Shown here: positions 10,493-22,951 of the stretch, piece by piece
How positions within the stretch are numbered: position 1 is the first letter of the stretch
How the letters are laid out: the number at the start of each line of letters is the position of its first letter
NCBI GenBank assembly: GCA_026026165.1
Contig: JAPEUD010000107.1
Location: 1-53,175, forward strand
Direction of reading: 5' to 3'
Origin: Sarea resinae
Taxonomy: Eukaryota
DNA: 53,175 nucleotides
Program-made: the position numbers and the translations under genes
Notes under the pieces: model-generated
The model's input: only the letters and a program-made list of their open reading frames with translations
Databases searched by the model: none
Told to the model about the DNA's origin: nothing

Positions 10493-13400
10493 GTTAAAAG
10501 CAAGGTTTTATAAGATAATTATAATTATAATCCTACTTAGCGCAATCCTACTTTCTGCTAGCCTAGCTAGCTAATCACTATTAAGTAATAAGAGTATATA
10601 CTATATAATCTAACTTTAATTGCAAGTTGTAATATAGTTAGGTTTTACCTTTACCTCTTTCTTCTTATATAACGTTTCTATATAAACAGAGTCTTTCTTA
10701 GGTCCTAGGTTATATTTAAGATCTAGCATTCTTTTTAATATCTGAAATATCTTTTCTTCTATTACCTTTAGCGCCTAGAATTATCTGATTAGGCTCTCTA
10801 ACTTCTAGTTAGTCTAAGAGTTTATATCTAGACTTTATAACATTTTTAAAGGCTTATCTATTTGCATTACACTTTCTATTAAGTCTTTTTCTTTTATATC
10901 TTTTACAACTAATTATATAGGCGCTATAGACACTTGCTTAAGGTAGTGCCTTCTACCTAGTTTTTTAAATAGTTAGGAAATATATTATTATATATATAGT
11001 CTAAAGTGCACTCTATCTAAGCAGCGCTAAACATCCTTAACCTCTTCTAGTCCTTAGAGAAGATAGTATATATAGTTGTCCTATCTTCTTTAACCTTTGT
11101 TCTTATCTAGGATACAATCTAGTATAGCTATCTAAGAACAAGCATTTAATTAGAATAATTAGCAATAAAGATTAGCACCTATATAATAACCTCTCTAACT
11201 TTAACTTTAACTACTTCTATATATCTAACAAATGCTGTAGGTTTTCTATTAATACTAACTATAGTAGTAGCTAGATTTAGAGTCTAGCTAATACTAATAT
11301 TCTATACTATCTTAAGACTTATTAGATAGATCTTAGCTCTACTATCTAGAAGAGCTCTAGTCTATAGATTTCTTTCTATACTTATATCTGCTATTATATA
11401 GCCTGCTATATATAGCACATCCTTTATTAGTTCTTAATCCTAATAATTTAGGCTAAATACCTTTCTAACTATTACTAGTCTTTAAGAGGCATTCTCTTTT
11501 AAGTCTTATAACTTGTTTTCTTTACTTCTAGATAGCAATTAATATATTGCTTTAATCTAGTCTTTTGCTAGCTATTTAAAGAAAATCTTTTAGATATCTA
11601 AAGAATATCTTAAGAGCTCTTAAATAGTTATATATGCTAGCAGTTAATTAAAGATCCTTCTAACTAGTCCTATAGGATTTAATTCTTCTTTTAGTATATC
11701 TAATAGTTGCCTTTGCCTTTGCTTCTTATTTAATGCTTAATTTATTTCTATCTCCTCTAGGACTTTAAACTTTACCTCTTTTAAAGTCCTAGATAGTCTA
11801 GATATTTATTAATCTTTATCTATCCTTATATATATAATATCTCTCTTCTTAGTATACTAGTTTCTCTAATAGGTTCTTAGATAGATATTCTTTACAGCTA
11901 AGAGTTTATCTTCTTTTATAATCCTTTGTTTCTATACTCTACTCTAAGAGTTAAAAACCTTCTTACTTTAAGTAGAGTCTAATCTATATCTTAAAATCTT
12001 CTCTAGTTAATATACTGCCTAAACTAAGGCAGGGTTTTTATTATCTTCTACCTCTTTATTAGTATTATTAGCTTATAAGTCTCTTGCACTAATAGAGGCA
12101 ATATAAATAGAGTTAACTCTAATTTCTTCTTTACACTAATTATACTACTTCTTATATTCTCGCTTAGTAAATATAGCGCGATATTCTCCTCTAAAAATCT
12201 TTAATTTAGGTCTGCTACTTTCTTTAAGTCTTAGGCACATTCTATTTTGCTTATTAAAGTAGATTTTAGAATAGGTAAGTAACTATCTAATTATAAGGCA
12301 ATTAGTAACGCTATAGTTAGTTCTTCTACACTCTTAATATCCTAGTATAAGTAATTTGCTATTGTTCCTAGCTAAGGCTATTATAGCACTAGGTGCTAGT
12401 TAAGCATTTACTAGTCTATTCTATATTACACCTTAGTTCTATAATATAGGTAGAGAGGTAAGCAGCTTAGCTATTATTATTACATTCTTATTTGCTACTT
12501 TAACTAGTAGAATAAGATTTGCAAGCTAGGTAGTAATATCCTTAATAGCCTTATTAGTCTTAGTAGTAGTAGTTGTCTAAGTTAGCTTAGAAGTTACTAG
12601 AGGCTTAAGTAACTTAGTAGAGTTAGTCTTTAGAGTAGGCTTCTAGTTCTTAATTATTAGTTATACTATCTTAGTTAGTTCTTTTTTATTAAGCTTTTAA
12701 AAGGCTTAGATAGATTTGCATTGTTTAATAGCAAGGTTATATACTTTCTTAAAGTTAAAGTTAGTAATGCTATATTTATTAAGGTTAATATAACTATAAG
12801 AGATAACTTTAGCTTATATAGTCTCTAGAAGACCTTATAGAAACTAAAGAAGGTAAGAGTATCTATTAAGTTTATTTTTCTAGATAAGATTATAAGAGAT
12901 GCTTATAAACTAGCAGCAGTAATAGCGAATTTCCTTAGCTGTCTTCTAAGCTCTAGTTCTATTCTTTAAAGCTTTAAAATAGGTATAAGAGTTAATCTAC
13001 TACTCTATATCCTAATTAGTATATTCCTATAGTAAGGACTTTTTAAATTCTTTCTAGTTAGTTTTAAATTCTAGTATTATCTTAATATTCCTTGTAATAA
13101 TACTCTTATAGTAGTATAGCAGCCTCTTAAACACTTTCTCTACACTAAGCTAGTAGTCTATATATATTCCTTTATATTGCTTAAGAAACTTAGTAGTATT
13201 AACTCTAGTAAAATAAGGCACGCTATAACTTCTAAAAGAGAGTATAGGCTATATATATTAAGGGCTAGAAGACTCTACAGTGCTTTCTCTTAATAGAGTA
13301 AGAATTGCTAGAGTTAACTCTATAATAAGACTTATGTTTAAGCTAGTAGATAATAAAGATATAGCAGCAATAATAGCTAGTGTAAGAATCTTTATAGTTT

Positions 13401-15117
13401 CTTAAACAATCTAAAGAATGACTTTTTTTAATATATAGTAGCAACTTTTTCTTCTTATTCTCTCTTTCTCTTAAAAAGTCTCTCTCTTTACTCTTTACTA
13501 TTACTATTTATTTGTGTTGTTTTATTAGAGGTACCTCTCTACCTTAGAGAGGTTTGTATAAGAACTCTACTTACTTGTTTACTAATAATAGTAAAGAACT
13601 TATCTAATTTATTAACATTGCATTATATTGTTTAGCTTCTTATTTAATTATAGAGTTAAGTTCTATAATAAGTCTAGGTTATTATATAACTATTAGACTG
13701 TCTAGAAGTTTGCTAAGAGTGTAATCTCTAATCTAAATCTAAAGCACTCTTTCTCTAATTTATAGAGTCTCTAGCAGCTCTATTTAAATAGCTTTAACTA
13801 ATCTAATCTGTTTAGTAGTTAATAGTATTAATATCCTATCTTCTTTACTAATATATTACTCTTTCTAATTTAACATGCTGTTTTAATCTATATTGTTATA
13901 TACTTAGTAGTATTACACTTAACTATATAAATATAAACAGTTTAAGCTCTATATAGGTTACTACTATAGAGAGATAAAATAGACGCACTAAATTAGTGCT
14001 AAAGTAGAACACTTAGACAGTCCTAATAACTCTTTATATAGTTAATAAGATAGCTATAATAACTACTTAATAACCTACTACTAAAGTATAATTAGTAGAA
14101 TAGTATAAAGTAGAGAGATTAGAAGGTAACTACTCTTTTAAGAAAGAAGTAGTAAGAGAACTCTTAATTAATTAATTTAACTAAGGAATAAAGAACTACA
14201 CTACACTCTTTAGAAATATAAAGATCTAACTAAACTAAACTGTATAAATAACCTTCTAAATATAAATCCTTCTACCTATTACTAAATTAAATCCTATACT
14301 AAAGAACACCTATATAACTACTAACTAAGCTAAACCTAACTAATTTATCCTATAATAACGCTTAATAAACTGCCTTATTACTTAATAAATTATAAGCTAT
14401 TAAAGATCGCCTCTTACCTCTTTAGATAAATAGCTAACGCCTAACTATTTTAATAATAAGATCTAGTTAGTCTAGAAGAATTTCTTATAGTGTAATCTCT
14501 AAACTTTATATCTTTATTTCTAAATTCTTTTAGAGTCTTTATAATTCCTACTTCTTATCTCTCTTATATTATACTAATCTTCTATAGTCTTAATTATACA
14601 GGCTAGGTTTTATACTAGCCTTATAGATCTAGCAACCCTTCTATATATCCTTTAAGTAGTGTTTATACTTATTTGTAAAGCACTTTCTAGTTAAATCTAT
14701 ATTGTTTAAGCCCTATATAGGTTACTAATATAAGTGATTAAACTAGATCGCACTAGATAAGTGCTAGATAGTCCTAAAGATATAGGAACTACTAAATTGT
14801 AATAGCGCTACTATACTTAATATTTGCTAAGTGTGTTACTATCTTAGGTCTTACTACTAATATATCTTAGAGAACTTAAATAGGTAGTAGAATAAATATA
14901 TTAATTAATATAAGGTATTAGCCTATAGCCTTACAACTAAGTAATAAGAAGAAGAGAAGAAAACTAACGCGCTAACTGCTTGCTTAACTAACTGCTAGAA
15001 ACTAATAACTAAATACATATATAAAGAACTCCTAATACCTTCTTTCTAACTCCTAAGAAACACAACCCCACCACCGACGCCTGATGACTAAGCTATTGCT
15101 GATTTTACTCTATCACA
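10493..15117 (-). mobile_element. RIPed Ty3/Gypsy LTR retrotransposon remnant (5' LTR + gag), cut by the hAT insertion
   Basis: The minus-strand relic VPYFTRVNTTKFLKQYKGIYIDY*LSVEKVFKRLLYY (~13115-13225) resembles a fungal Gypsy gag N-terminus. Right boundary is ...TATCACA (TG...CA LTR end) at 15117. Confidence 0.62.
14834..15117 (-). repeat. Putative 5' LTR of the Gypsy element
   Basis: Bounded by TGTTAC (14834) and ATCACA (15117) at the RIP/non-RIP boundary. The partner LTR is not in the window. Confidence 0.4.
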
Positions 15118-15509
15118 ATATAAGTGTAGTTGTCTAACCCGAAAAAAACGTCTAACCTTAAACACACAGTTATAGGACAAACAGAGAGCATAGAATCATT
15201 AGCAGCAGATAGTTTTCAGGAAAACCAATATTTTCAATAGGACCTTTTATTCTGGTGTAAACCTAGCCAGGGCACCCTTCGAGCTGGATCGTCTTAATTC
15301 TGAAAGAGCAGGGAATATTCGTGTTAGCCAGCTCCGCGGAGATAGAGGAGCGCTTGCAAACAATATATACAGAGAGACATTATGACTCAATTTAGAATTG
15401 GGCTCGTTGCTGACAACCCTTCCTAGCATTCAAAATAGTCAAAATCCAAGCGTTTAGTTCGACTTCACTTTACCAACTTTCAATCATCAGAAGGATTCTG
15501 CGATAGAAA

Positions 15510-16236
15510 ATGGCATCTTCACCTAATCCCGTCGAAGCACCGGCGCACGTTCTCTCACTGCTCGACAAGCTGCACCAACTGTCTCTTACCCAAGAGAATG
15601 CTCTGGGGAATTACTTCTCTTCAGATTCCGAGGAATTCAATGCGTCAATGCGCGATAAGTTCATCGCGCTAGACCAAGACAAAAGCCAATTCGTCTACCA
15701 AATTGCGCGAGCCATTGAGGCGCGCAACGTGGTCGAGGCCGGGACCAGCTTCGGGGTCAGCACTATCTACCTCGCCTTGGCTGTTGGCAGTAACCTCGAG
15801 AGGAATGGGGGACAGGGAAATGTGATTGCGACAGAGATTGAGAAGTCAAAAGCTGAAAAGGCGAGGCAGTATTGGAGAGAGGCTGGGGAGCTGGTCACGA
15901 AGCATATCGAGTTGAGGGAAGGTGACCTCCTAGAGACGCTGGAAAAAGACCTCCCGGAAATTGACTTGCTCCTTATCGACAGTGAGTCTCCTTCAGCACG
16001 CGTTGAATCCTAGTTCCGATAGTTGATGCGAGATAGTTTGGGCTCCGCTCACCCTGCCGATTCTGAAGCTTGTGAAGCCAAAGCTGAGATCCGGAGCCGT
16101 TGTCATTATCGACAATACTGTCTCTTCGGCGGACAGGTATACAGAGCTGCTTGCGTATCTTAGGGCTCCCGGCAGTGGATTCGCAAATCTTACCGTCCCA
16201 TATTCAAAAGGGTTAGATTTTATTATCAAAAGCTAG
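15510..16236 (+). CDS. SAM-dependent O-methyltransferase (class I, MdmC/Methyltransf_24-like)
   Basis: Motifs KFIALDQDK, VVEAGTSFGVSTIYL, IATE, LREGDL, LLIDIW, IIDN. One intron 15982-16036 (GTGAGT..TAG); stop TAG 16234-16236. Confidence 0.85.
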
Positions 16237-16849
16237 CCTGTCTCTGCCCAGATATTTAGGATAGCCGATTACCATTTTCCTTGAAGTCGATCTCTTTATT
16301 CCTCTCCGCCTTTAGGCAGACAAGCCTTTATCTTTGATTCAGTGGCAGTTGTTCGCATCGGAATGAGAGATGGCTTTACCGTCAAAGGTCTTGGTCGCGT
16401 GAAGTCAACGCGTAGGACGTCGTGTTCGTTTGAGCGATCGTGGGAAACCCTACGACCTGGTGTCTGCGTGGGATCACACTGCATTTCTACCTTGGCACTA
16501 CGATCCTACATGAATTAGGTTAGGATTAGGTTTTTTTGTGGTCACTTAGCTTCAATCTATAATACCTCTGCAACCCTATATTGTATGGAGATATAAGACA
16601 TTAGTAGAGTTTTGTAAGTCATTGAGCTACGTCTTATATCTCTAATAATAACTCATACGAAAGACCCCTTGTGCGTAGTCTCTGCATCTATCACATATGC
16701 GGCTCTAATCACACCTACAGCGCTATATATCCAAGGCATTACTTCTTTCCGCAACAGTGTTTGTTGTTTTTTTTCGTCAAGGTTGTGCCTCATTAAACCA
16801 AATATTTGCAATTACCGGCTCCTAAAATATCATACAAAAGCCAAAAACA

Positions 16850-18436
16850 CTAATCCTCCTTTACTTCTTGGTTCCCACTGCTCCCGCTGTGGCTCTCTAT
16901 ATGAGGATCCTGCCCCGTTATAACACCTCCCATTTCGAGCTCCCCGGGACCCGTGACCGATCTCTTAATATAATGCCCTGCCGTCAAATTCTCGTGTGCT
17001 TCACAGGGTCCGAGGACGTATGCTGCTTCGCCGTGGACCATATCGCTGCCCGCGAGGAGCTGGGCTTCCGACATGCGAAGAGGAATGCGGCAGACGTATT
17101 TGATAAAGCACAAAATCAGGGATGTCCAAACAATGTTCCAGCCGATAATGAAGAGCGCGCCGACGATCCTGCACTTGTTGTTAGCGGGATGAACGGACAT
17201 GAAGTTGGAAAGTACTTACTGAAGCCAGACCTGCTTTCCGTTCCCGTCAATTGCGCCGCCGTTGGTGGTGAGACCAAAAGCAGCGGTACCTTTCCCTGAC
17301 GCGAACAGACCAACACAGAAACCGCCCACGCAACCGGCGATGCAATGAGTGTGCAAGATGCCCAGGGTGTCGTCAACCTTGCGGAAATAGGCGACTTTCT
17401 TTCCCATTATATTCATGCTGAGCCATGGAATCGTCCCACTAGCAAACCCGATGATTATCGCACCCCAGCCGGCAACAACGCCCGCAGCGGGGGTGATGGA
17501 AACGAGCCCAGTAATCATGCCTTGGATGGCGCCGAGAACAGAGGGTTTCTTATAATAGATAATGTCGCAGATGGTCCAACAGAGGAGAGACATGGCGGTA
17601 GCGACGTTGGTATTGAGGACAGCTGCACCAGCATCTGCGGATGCAGCATATGGATCCCCACCGTTGAACCCGTTCCAGCCGAGCCAGAGAAGCCCGGCGC
17701 CGATAAGGACGCAGAGCACGTTGTTTGGACGTGCTTCGTCGCGATCAGCTTGGAGGCGCGGCCCAATCCAATGTGCGCCGACAAACCCAGCCGTGCCGGA
17801 GGAAACGTGGATGACATAACCACCGGAGTAATCAATCACACCCATCTGGTAGAGAAAGCCACCTCCCCAGATCGAATAAGCGCCAATGGAATAGGAGAAC
17901 GTAATCCAAAGAGGGACGAAAAGCATCCAGGCGGTGAAGTTCATTCGACCGAGGAAGGCACCGGCCATGAGGATGACCGTGATGGCCGCGAAAACAAATT
18001 GAAAATAGACCATGGTCGCCAGAGGGAAATTCTGAAAGAGAACAGGGGAAACGGAGGGAAGCTGGGATTGACCGAGTTCTTGGGCCATTGTCACGACCGG
18101 GCCCGGCCGTCCACAGAAGGGCAGCATATAGATCCCAAACCCCATTTTATAGGCCCAGAGGACCCAGGTGATCAGGGTTGCGGCGAAGGCGTAAAAGGCC
18201 ATGAAGGCGCTGTTGATGGCCCATTTGCTGCGCATGATGCCGGCATAGCTATGAGAAACTTGTTAGAAATCTGTCCAACTGAAGCCACTTTCGAGCACGT
18301 ACAGAACGACGAGACCAGGCACACTCTGCAGGCCGACAAGGGTAGCGGCGGTAAGCTGCCAGGCATTGTCGCCCGTGTCCAACCAATCAGTGGTTGTGAA
18401 GTCGTATTGGGACCCGACATTGCCCTTGACGGACAT
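16850..18436 (-). CDS. amt: Ammonium transporter, plant-AMT2-like / MEP-alpha type
   Basis: ATG 18436; introns 18302-18249 and 17219-17169. Motifs [77 protein letters not shown] (twin His intact). Confidence 0.95.
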
Positions 18437-19550
18437 CTCGATCGACTGTCGCTGTCGCGGTAAGTTTCAAGAAGCTATGATTTGGCGCTCAATTGCCCCG
18501 TCGACAGACGAAACAGTAACGTGGGGTTGGCGTTTGGTCAGCTCTCGGGTGCAAGGAAGCAGAATCGAAGGCCTGGGAAGGTTGCAACTCTGCGAAAACG
18601 TATGCAAATCTCATGAAGAGCGGCTCTTTAGGAAAACGACGCAGGGCGGCAGTAGGTTTCGACGAAGATGTCCTCAAAGATGAGCCTTTGCCAAGCTTAT
18701 AAGAAGTCAGCCCAAGCAAGACCTTTGCTCCCATTCATCCTTATCTCGACCTATTGGGATCATGCCATCATCGAACCAACATCGAAGGTTACTCTGTACT
18801 CTGTACTCCGTAGAGACAGGGCTCAGACCCATGGAAAACAAAGCCATGCAATTCCCGCGTGTTTCCCCATGGCTGGCTCGTGGCGATGGCATGGCGGTGG
18901 CATGGACTGGCGGTATTGGCTGGGGTATGGTTGCATACTATGCCGCTTGGGCTGCCTGCCCCGTCCCGTCTTCCTTTGTTCTCGAGACGCCATTCCCCAG
19001 CTTCTTCGCATGCCGGAGGGCGTGCAGGGTTAGGGTTTGGGGTCCCGCGCGGACGCGCCGCGGTCGTGCACAAGCTTGGCCGAACTAGACGTCGTTTGAG
19101 ACATGAGGGTGTCGAGGCCGTCCAATCTCGTCCTTGGTCCTTATCTGTGGCTGCTCGAGCGGGCCGAGTGGCGCTGGAACTTATCGATACGGGGTGATTA
19201 CATGTCTCGACAAGGTACAGCAGAGCGCTCGGGTGGTGGAGGATGCTGCGCAGAGAGCCTGAGGGGTACGGCAGGAGTACCCGCGCAGCTCGGCACCAGC
19301 TGGAACCAAAAATCATTGATCGCTATTGATCTCCTAGCTCGGCAATGGAAGCTGACTACGGTAGCCTGCACCTTCGATAGACAGTCATTAAACGATCGGT
19401 GAGTTGGTGGGGGACTGATACTTATCTGACAATCTGATAGAGAAGCGACGTACTTCGTACCCCCGAGAGCATACCCCAGAGAGACATACCCCAGAGTGAC
19501 AGGCGCACGCCGAGACCGAGCGGCCAACCCATGATCGACGTCAACGGCCT

Positions 19551-20669
19551 TCATTCAGGCCCAGACGACTGGTCATGTCCGCCGAGAACAGAGAACCCAG
19601 CCAAGATTGTTATACGACAGCACTTGACCCTGACCCTAACTCTGTAGATCAGGAACCTGCCGTGGGGGGGGCCCTCCTTGAGCCATCCCAGCCTCATAAG
19701 CAAGCCGGTATCGATGCAACCCCTTCGCGAACAACTGTCTCCTGTCCCTCCAACATCCCTCCTCAACTTGGCAGAGCCGACCCATTGACTGAACCCAGTT
19801 AACATCCTACTAACCTTCACCGCCGGAGAACTGTCAGGACCCTCTGGACCCTCTGGACCCGGCACCCATCTAACCCCTCCTCGGATCCCATACTCCTCCA
19901 CCAACGCCTGTGCGACATCACTAAGAGTCTCGTATTGATGCGCAGATATATTATAGCACTGCCCGGCCACGATGTCCCTCTCCACATGCTCAGCAAGCGC
20001 CACATACACCTCTGCACAGTCATCAACATGCATAGCATGCAAAATGGTCTTCGGATCTTCCGCAAACTCCAACTCGCCTTCCACGGCAGCAGCTTCTGCC
20101 GCACGCTTGAAGAAGAGCCCATAGTAGCTTGCGGTCAGCCGAAGACGTTCGTGGGTCGCGTGACGATAGCATCATACAGGTCGACGTGGTTGAAGATCTT
20201 GATGGTGTTGAAAGCATGCTCGACTGCGAACAGCGGGGGTTCAGGGGCGATTCCTCGGTATAGGTTGCTCTTTAGAATCAGCGAGGGTGCTTTGCATGCC
20301 GTAGTCTTTACAGCCAGATATAAATATGACTAGGGGGCGGCTACCAGCCGCGTTGCTCGTCTTTGCGAGTGCGCGCAAAGGTGCGACGACATCCGTATAG
20401 TGCGCAATATAATCGCTGAGGTCCTTGGTCGCAGAGACGACGACATTGAAGACAATGCCTTGCGAGCTGAGGCCGTCGAGGAAGTATGGGTCACCAGGGC
20501 ACCCCGGAATGGGAATTATCTCCTCGGTCGCGAGCGACGGTAACACTGACGACTTTCGAAAGAGCCTATAGGTTGTCCAACCTGCGCGAACAAAGGCTCG
20601 AGCGACTGCTTTGCCAATGTACCCGTTTGCTCCGGTCACGAGGACGGTCTCGCGCTTGAGATCGGACAT
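19551..20669 (-). pseudogene. NAD(P)-dependent epimerase/dehydratase (extended SDR), frameshifted
   Basis: N-terminal LVTGANGYIG and SGCKDYG. Later pieces TEESPLNP, IVTRPTNVFG and HAMHVDDCAE fall in different frames (about three frameshifts at 20.13-20.27 kb without splice signals). Confidence 0.75.
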
Positions 20670-21289
20670 TAGCGATCTAGAGTATTTGGGGTTTATTTGA
20701 CTCGCTGTCCGCGTATAAAATTCCGGGAATAGGCATAATCATATCAGATCTAGTACTCCGAATCTAGATCAGGTGTATTGTTCATTTCAAAGCGATCAGC
20801 AATGTACGATGGCAGCGGTGATGGCGCCAGTAAGCTAGGTACGCCTGCAATTGATCTACAAACGGCGACTGGTGCGAAGCTAAGGCCGATCGCGATATTG
20901 ACCTAAGGTAGGTACTACCTAGTAGTTAGGTAGGTATAGCGATTATTGCTAGCATATACCTTACTATGCAGATGCTACTTTAAGTACAGCAGTAGGCCCT
21001 TTACTCTATTTCTCTAGATATACCTATAGCAAACCATCCGGCACAATGGCAGTACATCCAGACCATCTTAGCGTCAGGTTGGCAGAGCCGCGTGCTCCTG
21101 TGAGCGAACTCGCCAATGCGACTGCGGTGTGGCGAGGCTGATGTTAGGCCGACCAAGTGTTTTTGCCTAAGCCGCTACAGCCTGATCGTGACTGTCCTCT
21201 CGCCGTATATATCATGATCAACTGCGTAACAGAGATTGACAGTCATCGTTTTTCTCAAAGCTTGATCTACGCCCCAATACTCTACCACA

Positions 21290-22577
21290 ATGTCTGTTTT
21301 TGATAATGTCCATGATATTGAAATGCCTCGGGCTGTTCATTTTCGTACGATTGATGTTGAACGGCAGGCGGTCTCGCCAAATAATCACGAAAGAGCAGGT
21401 TCCGTGAAGCGGAACCTGCGATCAACTCTTTCATCGCCTTTTGGAGTCGATCTCCCGCCTCCTCCTTGCAAAAATGGTACACGTCTTTCCAATCGACCTG
21501 GACAATGCTGCTTTCTTTGTCTGGATGGCAAGGGAGCAGGCCACTATGCTGTCCAGGTACGCTGCAACCGATCAACGACGCATCGCCAGGCCGTGGGCTA
21601 TACTCTGTCTCGAAATAAAGAGGGGAGGATCCTGGTAGTTGATAGAGCTATCCTCCCCAAGGAGAAACCCTGTGAGAGCGATGCTGCGATATATCACAGG
21701 CTCAAAGAGACCTGTTTTGCTCACAAAGGGAAGTGGAAGAAATGGCTTCCGTTTTACGGAGTCACCGATGTGCGAGAAATCACGGTGAGCTGCCAAGCCA
21801 TCGTTGTCTCATATCCTGACCGTGCCCGATTACTTTCACATTGCTCGCCGGGACGTTCACTTCGGCACCCACTATCAGCGAGCAAGGTGCAACCCATCGG
21901 GCACGGCTACTGACTTCGAGACATACAGTTTCAATTTGAAGGGACAGCGGAACAGGATGGCCGATTCCGAATCTTCAGTATGGTCCCTGTCGATATTGAT
22001 AGAGTTCGAGAGGAAGTAGAAGGGATAATTGCTCTAAACTCAGATGATGGAGGTGCTGACGTGAATGAGATTTGCACCCCCGGATATTGGCATACCAGGA
22101 CATGTGAACTAACGACGGAGGTTTTGTCAACACCATGTATCATGGAGCAAGTCGAGGCCGCACAAGAGCATAAAAGAGAGTGCGCACGAGATCCAGAAAG
22201 GGCTGATGAATTGAGGACTCTGGAAGGAATGGCGCAAAGGAGTTGCATCTATAACATGGAGTTCGTATGACATCTCTTCTGTGCATTAGTCGTGCTGATT
22301 TGATAGGGGATGGGATCGGATTGTTATACCCCAACACAACCTGCGATACGACCGGTTAGATGAGCTATCAGGTCTGCATTTCATCCTGGGATGGCAGCTT
22401 GATCGTATAGCTTACCAAATGCCACTCAACGTCGCCTGGACCTGTCTCGGTCTGGCTGTAATCTGGCTGTGTGTCATTGCCTGGGCAGGACCAACCGGCG
22501 ATTGGGCTACTGCCATGGCGTTTGGGCAGCTTATCGCGGCCTCGATATCGGTCCTATTTCTTTACACCAAGGATTAA
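21290..22577 (+). CDS. Hypothetical fungal protein with two C-terminal transmembrane helices
   Basis: Exon 21290-21783 (donor GTGAGC), middle exon ~21929-22264 (donor GTATGA). Last exon reads ...LGWQLDR...AWTCLGLAVIWLCVIAWAG..DWATAMAFGQLIAASISVLFLYTKD*, stop 22575-22577. Confidence 0.6.
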
Positions 22578-22951
22578 ATATCTGTACATACCAACTGATC
22601 TTTTTTGTTGTAGGCCCAATTGCTTTAGATGCTATGGCTGCGGGAAAGAATTGGGTTGGGGTCCCGCCGACCAACACGCTGGGCGGCTTCAACTCAGGCA
22701 CAGGGGCCTGCCAACAAATAGGAACGTCTCGCTAGACGAAGACCCCACGATAACACTGGCTGCATCCTTACGAGGGCCGTCATCGACTTATTGAAGCTAG
22801 CGATGCTTACGCCCCGCTCTTTCACCGTCGCGAGTTTGGTCTGATCTGGATTTCTCTTTAAAGGAACTGCGTAGGATATTGTGACTGTCTTCCCATGTAA
22901 CGAGGTTTCATCGAGATATAAGCACCCAAATTCGCCGTAATTGTTTCGACC

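Larger units (their letters stand above)
1..15117. other. RIP-mutated (repeat-induced point mutation) transposon block
   Basis: Very TpA-rich and CpA/TpG-poor. Many TAG/TAA stops replace Gln/Trp codons in recognisable TE proteins. Almost no ORFs in 3.4-15.2 kb, and composition returns abruptly to normal near 15.1 kb. Confidence 0.93.

Noticed and set aside
14819..14842. Near-match to the 21-bp hAT intron motif at the LTR edge
   Set aside because: The second half-site is broken and it overlaps the generic TGTTAC LTR terminus; chance similarity in RIPed DNA is likely.
17345..18463. 372-aa plus-strand ORF and other long antisense ORFs (e.g. 43958-44683, 48177-48881)
   Set aside because: Shadow ORFs opposite well-supported GC-rich coding genes.
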